A stretch of 64,000 nucleotides of DNA from positions 186,001-250,000 of the forward strand of contig JAANOX010000128.1 in assembly GCA_020184695.1 (NCBI GenBank), written 5' to 3'. The translations under genes were made by a program, and so were the position numbers. Under the pieces are notes generated by a model. It made no database searches. It saw only the letters and a program-made list of their open reading frames with translations, and had not been told where the DNA came from. The DNA comes from Histomonas meleagridis 2922-C6/04-290x (Eukaryota > Protista > Parabasalia). Shown piece after piece: positions 1 to 10,700 of the stretch (positions within the stretch are counted from its first letter, which is position 1; each line of letters begins with the position of its first letter).

Positions 1-319
1 AACCTGCAAGACCACAAAACTCTACAATGCCTGAATCAGGAATAAAAATTGAATTATCGAGAATTGGATCATTAAACTTTCCACGAGGTGGTGTATATGT
101 AAAATCTACAATATCTGGAAGAATAGTTTGTGCTACTGTGTCTAATATTTGCTGGCAAATATCAAGTGGAACTGAGGTTTGGTATGAAATTGAAAAGATT
201 GGAGTTGAAAAAAGACGGGATGCATTTAACATCCCTTTATCCATAAGATTCTTTTTATATGTCCCTATGTTTAACTTACGGTCTATAATTGATATAATTG
301 ATTCGTCATTTTCTTCCAT
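1..319 (-). CDS. Hypothetical protein, 5' part only (runs off left edge)
   Basis: ATG at 319-317 opens a stop-free frame to the window edge (MEENDESIISIIDRKLNIGTYKK...FCGLAG); Inr-like TCACTT just upstream. Not in the ORF track, whose 27..326 + ORF is its antisense shadow. Confidence 0.65.
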   Translation of the reverse strand, partial: MEENDESIISIIDRKLNIGTYKKNLMDKGMLNASRLFSTPIFSISYQTSVPLDICQQILDTVAQTILPDIVDFTYTPPRGKFNDPILDNSIFIPDSGIVEFCGLAG

Positions 320-478
320 TGATTAAAGTGAACTTCACTTTACAGAAAGAAAAATGAATTCACACAATAGAAAGATGAAGAATCCACTGTTTAAAGAGTG
401 CATTATATTAAACAATTTAGGAAAAAACGGAGTAATAATTAATTCTGAAAAATGGAAATTAGTGAAAAGGATTATTAT

Positions 479-697
479 TTAGTTATGAAGCATCCCACCG
501 AGGATAACGTTGTTGATTGGGATAGAAACAAGCTTGAAAACAAAGCCGATCGTACCCAATACTGCAAAACCAACTCCTGTTGCAATTGCTGTCTTTTTGA
601 TTGTCTTCATGCTAGGAAGTGTACACCTTTTGAGAACGCGTTTGCAATCTTGTGTGAACTTCTTTGCTGGTGCATAAACAAGGTCGAATGCTTCCAT
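479..697 (-). CDS. SEC61G: Protein translocon Sec61 gamma subunit (SecE/Sss1 family)
   Basis: 72 aa; RVLKRCTLPS then TM segment AIATGVGFAVLGTIGFVFKLVSIPINNVILG, matching the Sec61-gamma pattern. Confidence 0.93.
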   Translation of the reverse strand: MEAFDLVYAPAKKFTQDCKRVLKRCTLPSMKTIKKTAIATGVGFAVLGTIGFVFKLVSIPINNVILGGMLHN

Positions 698-1069
698 TTA
701 TATTTTATGAGTTTTGACAATCTTTGTTTGGTTACATGTCTTCTCAATTTGTGGTAAATGACACCCCGCCACGGTTGTTATGAAAAAGTTCCATGGTTCG
801 TATGGTTTTTTTGGCAAACAGGTTATTTTTAAGTCTTCCAAAACAGCATTATTTATCATATTTGGACATGATAATAGGATTTGATGATGTGTGAGAACAT
901 TAATGTTAAACATAATATTGAGTTTTAATTCTAATTTCATAATTTTTCGTTTTGTTTGATTATAAAAATAATTATAACTTACTCAATGATTGCTAAGATT
1001 ATAGCATACACAAATCGTTCGTTTTAATCTTATAAAAAAAAAATATTAATAAATCCAAAGTCAATAATT

Positions 1070-1651
1070 TTAAAAAATGACAACGGGTTTACTTGGATCA
1101 TCAACCTTCTCAACTTTAAGGTTAAGTCCAAAAACGGAACCAACAACGATTTGGAATAATTTTTTGACGTTGATGGAATGTGTGTTTGAACAGTAAACAA
1201 GAGGAGCTCCAATGGCACTTGCAAACTTCTTTGCTTTGTTTGTAATGGCAATTCTTTCTTGTTCAGGCAATTCAAAGTATTTATCAAATTTATTACCTAC
1301 CAAAAAAACGCGAGCAGTTTGGTTACATTGATAAGCAGCTTTGTACCAATCACGAAGGGCTGTTAATGATTTAACATTTGATAAATCAAACATAAAAATC
1401 ATTGCGTGAGCTCCTTCACAACAAATATTGAGCATATCCATGAAATTTTTTTGTCCTCCTATATCCCATATAACTAAGTTTACTGGTGTATTTTTAACGT
1501 TAATTGTTTTTTCAAGGAATTGAACACCAAGTGTTGCAATGTAATCTTCACTAAATGTTCCTTTGCAATATTTCACCATAAGGGATGTTTTACCAACCAT
1601 TGTACTACCAATAAGAGCTATTTTTACTGTAACATTTCCTTCATTCGACAT
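1070..1651 (-). CDS. Spg1/Tem1-like small GTPase
   Basis: P-loop GSTMVGKTSLM, effector DYIATLGVQFLEKTI, IWDIGGQ, MFDLS, GNKFD; no C-terminal prenylation motif, as in Spg1/Tem1. Confidence 0.88.
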   Translation of the reverse strand: MSNEGNVTVKIALIGSTMVGKTSLMVKYCKGTFSEDYIATLGVQFLEKTINVKNTPVNLVIWDIGGQKNFMDMLNICCEGAHAMIFMFDLSNVKSLTALRDWYKAAYQCNQTARVFLVGNKFDKYFELPEQERIAITNKAKKFASAIGAPLVYCSNTHSINVKKLFQIVVGSVFGLNLKVEKVDDPSKPVVIF

Positions 1652-1796
1652 TGAACCAATTCCACTTTTTATGAGATTTACAACGTACTTTTGTATTTAC
1701 ACTTTTGTGAAATGAAATCAAATTGAATGAACGCGTTCATTAAACTCACTTTTTGTTTGAAAAACCGCAGACAAAAAATTAACTAAAAACATTTTT

Positions 1797-4700
1797 TTAG
1801 AAATAATCAGGAACTTGACAAACAATTTCAACACCGTTTGCGATTAACTGTTGTTCATTCACATCAGCCTTTAAAGGAATATGCCATTGTAAGTTTGTAT
1901 CTTTAATATTTTCATATTTTACATCATTTAATATTAAAGTTCTATAAATAGGACAATTAAAAGTATTTAATTCTTTAGTAACTTTCTCCATTATAACGAA
2001 TTTACATTTAGGTAACTTTGAAATAGGTAAAGTTTTAGCATTTGGTTGAATTATTTTGTTAGCATTTAAATCCCAATTTGCGCCAACAATATATAAACCA
2101 TCTAAAACTATTCCTCCTTTAATATCATTTTTATCACCATCGAAAAAGAATTTATAATTCAAATTCTCAATTAATAATTTCCGTTGAATTGCAATTTCAT
2201 TTAAGTAAGAAATTAATAAACTTTCCAAACTTGAAATCAATTTAATATTAATTGAAGAAGGAATTAATTTATTTCGATCCCAATTCATTAATAAATCTTC
2301 TTTTTCTTTTAGATATTTTAAGAATTCCGATAATTTTTTAGTTCCGAAATATTTAATGATATTACACCATTCGAAAGGAATTGAATTCTTTAAAATATTT
2401 TTGAAAATTCGTTCATCTTCTTTAGAGTTAAGTAAATTAATTAATTGTTTACGTATAAATGTTATTATGTTATTTAATAATATAATTTCATCATAAAAGA
2501 ATAATTGTATTGGCGTTATAAATTTATCTTTTGTAATAACAAGAATGTTCGGAAGTTTATTTTTTAGAATATTTTGGATTTTTTGATTTACTTTTATTAT
2601 ATTTATATCATTATTAACTTTATATAACAATTTAAATGGTTGTGATATCCAACGTGATAAATTCCAATATAAAAAAGGTATAGAAATATATTTATTCATT
2701 TGTAAAATATCACATTTTGGGAACAATGGAATTCTATCCAAATTATTTAATTGGAAATCATTCGATAGTTTCCAAATATCAAATTCATCTGAAGAATTAT
2801 TTACTAATGAAAATTCATCTTCTGAAATTCCATTATTAACAAATGAATTTATATATAATTTTATTTTTTTTAAGTCATAATGATTAATATTTGAACAACC
2901 GAAATATTTTTCATATATAAAATCGGAAATATTACGAATTTGGACATCATTTGAATTGATTGAATCGAATAAATCTTTAATTTTTAACATTAAATTCTTT
3001 AGTTGAATTTCATCGATATTTATTAAGTCATAAAATCCAATCGGTTTAATGAAGTTACGATAATTTAATAAAGAATATATTAATGATATACAAAATGTTA
3101 ACTTTTTCATTAATTTTGGATTACTTGATGATTGGATATAAGAATAATGATGTTGATAAAACTCTAAAAGTTGTGTTTTTATTGATGGGAAATCTTCATA
3201 ATTAAATTGTTCACATTTTAATAAGAATTCTTTTGATAAACCTTTTGTAGTATTACATAATAAAATTAATTTCGAAGTTGTTGTTGAATCATTTTGATAT
3301 TCATTAAATATATTATATATTAAAGAAGAAATTTTTATATTTGATTTCGTATAATGAAAAATTATTATTTTATCATTTTTTATTGATTCTTTTATAACGT
3401 TTTCGATTGATGAAATATGTTCATAATCATTTATTAAAGAAAATGATATTGTTGAATCCCATTTATTTCGCATATTTATGTAATGATCAAGTAAATTTGT
3501 TGGATCACGTTTACCTTTAATTTTTATTAAAATTGGCGTTTTAGAATTTGTTATATTAAAAGATTCGATTTTAAAATAAGACAAATTTTTAATGAATTCA
3601 TTACCAAAAGTTTCAATCACAAAATTATAAATAAAATTAAAAACATTTAAAACATTTGTAAATTTTAATTGATTTAAATAATCGTTTGAATTAAAATCGA
3701 TTCCATGAAAATCAATTTTATTATTATATTCTTCATTTATATGTTTTAATATTAAATCGAATTCATTTCTTTTAATTTTATTTTGTGATATTTTTAATAG
3801 AAAACCAGTAATAAATAAGAAACAAAATGATTCTTTAAAAGTTATCATAGATAAAAATGATTTTGTAATGTTTTGTATTAATAATGAATTTAATATTACA
3901 TGTTGACCTTCATTTAATATATTTTGATGAAAACCACTTGAATTAATTGAATTTTTAATTGATTTCAAAAATAAATTTAATGAATATATATCATTTGAAT
4001 TAATTTTATACATAAAACGTGTTAAAGATTCCCAAAAACTTATACAAAGTTGGATTTCATTCTTAAATATATTTTTATTCATTTTGATTTCAGATTTAAT
4101 TATGGATAAATTCGATGATATATTATTAGTAGCAAAATATGATTCTTTCGATTGTAATAATTGATCAATTATTTTATCATTAGAAGAATTAATAAAATCA
4201 AAATTTTGATTATTTTCATATTCTTTAATAATGTTCGAAATGATATTTAATGTTTCATTTTCATATAAATTAATTTGATTAATATGAACAATTTCATTTT
4301 TTAATGAAGATATATAACGTGGAATTAATTCAGGTTCGAAATAATCGAAAAAACATTTTTGTATTTGTTTTTTAATCGAACTTAAAGTAAAATAAGTTGA
4401 ATTTATTATAATTGTTCTTGAAGATAAATTTATTGGAATTTTATTTATGTCAAAAACATTTGTAAATAAATAAACTTTTTTCATCGAAATTAAATTACTA
4501 ACTTTTTTCGATTCATTAATTTGTAATATTAATTCTACTTCATAAGTTAATTTATCAACATCGAAAAGTATTAAAGTTTTTCCATATTTTGTACATTCGA
4601 AAATTATTTTATTTAAATCATTTGATAAAATCGAAGTTACAATTAAATCTTTTTCTGCATTTTTTATTAATGAAAATATAATTCCATCAGGATCAATAAT

Positions 4701-7700
4701 TAATGGAGTTCTTTTTACATTAGTAATTAATTTATATATTAATTTAATTGAATCATTTATATAATAATTCGAATCGATTAACTCATTATTTAATTTTAAC
4801 TCAGTTGAGATGAAATGTAATGGATCATTAACATTTATATTAATTTTATATTTATTAAACTCTTGAAATATTAATTCGAATATTTCATTTTGTTCATTTT
4901 TCGACATTATTCCAAAATAAGCTAAAAAAATCGAAACAATTAAAGAATTTCCAATTATATTATTAATATTTCGTTCTATTTCTTCTAAATCAAATTTCCA
5001 TTTTAGATATAATGAATCTAAACCTTTAAATATTATATCAAATTTACGTTTTCGTGATTCGAAAATCGTTTTTTCTTGTTCTAATTCATTACGTTTTTTA
5101 ATAGAATTTTGGAATAATTCATATTCTTTATCAAGATCATTCGAATGATTTGTTAAAAGTGTTTTTTCATTTAATGAATCATTTAAGAAATCTTGAAGAT
5201 TTACCATTTTATCTTCATAATCTTTAGTTTTCTCTTTAATTTTCTCATTAAGAGATATATATCGATAAGCATTATCAATCCAATTAAATAATATTTCAAT
5301 TGAAGAATTTTCAAATGTTAAATTTTGTGAATGATTAAAAATTGGTTTTGCTTTAGTTATAAATTCGGAATCAAATGATTCTAAATCAATTTTAGAAATT
5401 AAATTAATGAAATTCGGATCTTTTAAAAGTCGTTTACCAAATATTTCATATCGTGAATTATGAAATATAAAAATGGAATACATATTCATAATTGTTTTAA
5501 TTGTTGATTCATTAGAATATTCTTTTAAGTCAAATAGAATTTTATCTTTATTATCTTCAATGATTTTATAATAATGATTAATATTAGTCTTATAATTAAT
5601 AAGTTCTTGTTGTAATTGATTAATATCATCGCCAAGTTTTTTGGTTTCAACTGTTTTTTGTCGTTCTTCATCTTCAATTTTCGATATTTTTGTTGTGATT
5701 TCTTCTTTTTGTTCAAGGAAATTTTGTTTTAATAATTTATCATCTTGATTAAAAGTTTGTAATATTGTTTTAATTGATGAAATCTTTTCATTAATTTCAT
5801 TAATTTCAGTTTTAATTTTATCAATAAAAAGTAACGAATTTTTGAATTTGATTTGATCGTTTTTCAATTTTTCGGAATTTTTAATTATAAAATTCATAAA
5901 ATAATGAACGAAATCATAAAAATGATTTGTTTTAATAATAGGGAATCTTTGTATAATAATTTGATGAATTTTAGAAATTAATTCATATAAATTATTTGGA
6001 ATTAAATTTTGTATTAATTCATATTGTTTAAAATGTATAATATCATTTGAAGAATTTTCATAAAAATCAATTGAATCATTTAATAACTTAAATCGATAAT
6101 ACGAAGGCAATAAATTATAATCAAAAGTGTTATCATCATCAATAGAAATAACAAAATGAAGATAATATTTTAATATTAAACAAATCTCATTATAAATCAA
6201 AAGTTTATTATCGAAATCAATATTTTTAATTTTCGAAATTTTATTATATAAATCATTTAATTCTTCTTTATTAAAGAATTTATTGAAGTTATAATTATTA
6301 AATAAACTTTCTAAATAAATAAAATCTTTTTTAGTCTCTTTTGAATATCTAAAAAATATCACAGTAGGCTTATACATATATATACAATCTAATAAAGCAG
6401 AAGATAAAAATTTTCGATAATAATTTTTCTTCGGAATATTTTTTAATTGATTTTTAGGATTTATTAATATAAATCGATAATTTTTTAATAAAGAAATGAA
6501 ATTTGTTAATGTATATTTTCCGATTGAAGTTTGACCTTCTAAAATTATATTACCAAATGGATATGTTAAAGCTCTTAATATTAAAAAACATTCTTCAATT
6601 ATAGGTTTAGTTAAATTTAATATTATTTTCGTTTGACTTTTAGTTTTATTAATGTTTTGAAGTTCTTCTTGAAGATTTTGTTGAACATTTTCAAATTTTT
6701 CTTTTTGAAGAATTGCATTACATGTAAAATCTGTTTTGATTTCAATCATTGGATATATAAATTCATTACTTTTAGTTAATTTATGATCTTTAAATAATAA
6801 TTTCAAAAATGTTTCAACTTCTTCTTTAAATGTTTTGTTTTTCATATTATTATAACATAAAAATTTGATTTCATATAAAAACATATAAAAAGAATTTGTT
6901 ATATCTTCTTCATTAACACAATTTTTATTTTCTAATATCGAAAGAACATCAAGAATATGAAAATTATAAAAATTATCATTCGAAAATTTATCAATGAAAG
7001 AACATATTGAATTAATTAATAAATTTGATATATTAAAATGTAACGCAATATTTTTAATAATATAATTTTTTATTTTTTTATTTGGTGAACTTAATTGTAT
7101 TATATTAAAATGTTTTAAAAAATTTGTTGGAAAGTTTTTAATTGTTTCTGTTATTACAATAACAAAAAATTTATGAATATTTGAAAAAGATATAAATTTT
7201 GAATCTTTTCTAGAAAATGTAATTAATTTCTTTGTTGCAATTAACATTCTGATGAATTCAATTGCATGAATATTATTCACAGGCACATTATCGAAGATTA
7301 AACAAAACGTTTTTTCTTCTTCTAAAGAAATCACAAATTTATTTGTAATAATTTTTGTATGTAATGATATAAATGATTGAAGAGATTTTCCAGTAGAATT
7401 TTGATTTACTGGAATTATTATTGGTATTATATCATTAACATTTTGTAATATATATTTTAATAATGAAGTTTTTCCACTATTTCGTGGTCCATGAATTATA
7501 AAATTTTGATTATTTTTTATTAATATTTTTGTTTGGAATAAAATTGGTAAAAATTGTGCAGTACAAATAGTTATATCATTTGGTAAACTTCCAGTTATTA
7601 TTGGCTTTTCATTTAATTGATTTGATTCATAAGGAATTAATTTCCCTTTATAAAATCGTAATGATGATAATGAAGGCCTTGGAAATATATCCCAATAATG

Positions 7701-10700
7701 ATCAGGCACTGAGAACATTGTCCAATCAGAAGGTATTTCAATCAAAAAAGATTTACACATCCATGATTCAAATGTTGATACATGTGTACTTTTGGAATAT
7801 ATAACACCGGAATAATTTATGAAAAATGATAATAATAAAATTATTTTTAATTGTTTCTTATCATAAATATCATCAATAACATTTTCTTCTTGTATGTAAT
7901 ATAATGTATATTTTAATGATAAATATGGTAAATGATCGGCTAATATATATTCTCCATTACCAATTTTTATGTTTGATTCAAAATAACATAAAAAATTCGG
8001 TATATGAAATATAAAATCAACAATTTCTAAATAAATTTTCTCAAATAATTTAGATAAAATTTTTATTAGTTTTTGATCATTAATATTCATTTCATTGATG
8101 ACTCGCTCAAATATATTCTCAGGATATTTAATACTAAACATTAATTGTGTTCGATCGATTTGTAAATTATTCATTGCTAAAATTCCAAATCGATGAAAAC
8201 AAGACGGAGTAAAATTTTCAATTGACGTCGTTTCGAAAATTAAATGAAAATTCTTATTACAAAAAATCGTATCCATTAAATTCGTTCTAAAAATCAAAGA
8301 ATCATCAGAATTAATCATTTGAGAGATGAAATTTATGAATTTTTTAGTTAACTTGCCTTGGAAACGTAAGATATTATGATTTAAAGAATTATTATATAAT
8401 AAATTATTTAAATATGAATGAAATTGACCTGATAACCAAACATAATCATTTGAATTTTTCTTTAATTCGCCAAAAATTCGTTTCCATTTCTCAGTTAAAT
8501 AATAAAAATCTTGAATTTTAATTGGTAATAATTCCGGAAATTGATTTTTATATTCGTTATTATTTAAAATATTTTGTATAACATTTAAATACATTTCAAC
8601 AATTAATGATTTACCACTATTAATTGGTCCATAAATTATAATACAATTATATTTTTGTATTAAATGATGAAGTTGAATCACTTTATCAATTAAATAATTT
8701 AATAAATTTTTATTATATTTTTTATTATAATTCATTAAAATTATTTCAGAAATAATTTTTTCTTGATTTAAATTATCAAATAAATCTTTTTTAACTATAA
8801 ATGATTTAAATTGTTCATAATCATCAAAGATTTGGAAGTTTATATATAAAACTTTAAAAAATAATTCAATTTCTAACTCGGAAATTAAATCTTTATAATA
8901 ATAATAACACGATCTTGCAATAACAAATTCTTCTTTTAATTTATTATTATTATTTAAAAATGATAAACAATTATCTCTTAAAGATATTCGTAAAATTTCA
9001 TGCGCTTCATCAATTATATTTAACATTGATATAAACTTTGATTTAATTTGTAAATTTTGAAATATTTTTAATAAGCTTTTTATGAAATTATTTAATTTAT
9101 TTGATATTTGTTTATTCGATTTAAATCCAAGAGAATTTAATTTGATTTCTATAAATGTCTTTAAATTCGGTATGTTAATTGCTATCGGCTTTAAATATGT
9201 ATGTAAATAACTTGGAATTTTTTCGTTATTTAAAAAAGTTTTATTCGAAGTTATAAAAATATTCGAATTTTGATCAAATTTACATTTTTGATTTTCATAA
9301 TTCCATTCTTTTATATTTAAACTTTTCACATGTTGATATTCACGTAATATATTATGTAAATAACTTAAAGTCTTTTTATCATATTGATGAATATTATGAA
9401 ATATTAACCAATTTCCTGTTTGAATTGTTCCAAGTATTAATCTTTTTAAATTAATAATATTATTATCATTAAATGAAGGAATAGAAAATATAAATCTTCC
9501 GAATATTGAAGCTAAATAAGTAATCAAATGTTTTTTACCTGAATTTGAATCACCGATTAAATAACAAATATCTTTATCAATAATCGATTTACTTATATTA
9601 TTAATAAATTTATCTGTTGTTTGAATATATAATATACTTTTGCCCCAATATTCATAACCATGTTCAATAACATTTTCATTAATATCAATGAATAATTGTT
9701 TTGTTTGTTTATTAAATCGTAACTTTAAACATTCTTTCCATTTTAAAAGTGATTTTTTCTCATTTAATGATTTTATTATTTTGATTTGGTTTTGAAATAT
9801 GATTATAATAATTGATAACTTTTGTAACTCAATAGAACTTAATTGTGAATCTGTTAAATTTATTATGTTTTCGATATTTTTTAATAATTTTTTTTCATAA
9901 TTATCAAAAGAATGAGGATTCTCATGATTATTAAAACATTCTTCTACATCATTAGTAAAAACAATTTGTAATGTTAACATTATAATATAAATTGGCGTTT
10001 TTAAAACCCAATCATTTAATGAATCTTTTTCATATGAATTTATTGAAGTAAAAATTTCATATCTTAAAGATGATTGCATTGTTTCGATTATTAAATTCGT
10101 CCATTTCTCAATTGGTCCTCTACAATGTATAGGATCAGGGAATGTTAATGAATCTGTTGAATTACCAATCATTCCATAAATTTTATATCTTTGGAAATCT
10201 TGTGTATTCGATAGATATAATAAAACATAAGGAGATTGATAATCGAAATTTTTTATATACATGAAAATTTTTCTTAAATGTTCAACTAAAATGGAAAAAT
10301 CAGAAGTCGAAAACATATTAATTAATTCTTCATTACTTAAATAAAAAAATCGTGGAAAAGAATTTCGTTTTTCATCCAAAATTTTCATTGATGAGTTTAA
10401 TATCTTCTCGACAATTTTATTATTTTCTTGTAATACTTCAAGTAATGAAGGATATGAACAAACATGTTTTAAAGTTTTATTTTCATTTGTATGTTTTATT
10501 AATGAAATCCAATATCTTTTAATTAAAAGGATTTCTTTAGTTTGTGACTCGAGAATTATTTTTACTTTTTCTTGTGAGAAAAATGATGATAATATTAACC
10601 AATTTGATTGAAATGTTTTCCAAGCTTCTAAAACTTTTGCATAATATTCTAATGAAGAAGATATATTTAAAATTTCGGATTCGATTTCTTTTGAATAAGG

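Noticed and set aside
27-326. 99-aa plus-strand ORF
   Set aside because: Antisense shadow of the minus-strand CDS starting at 319.
698-940. 80-aa minus-strand ORF abutting Sec61-gamma
   Set aside because: No recognisable motif and it overlaps the expected promoter; not supportable as a gene.
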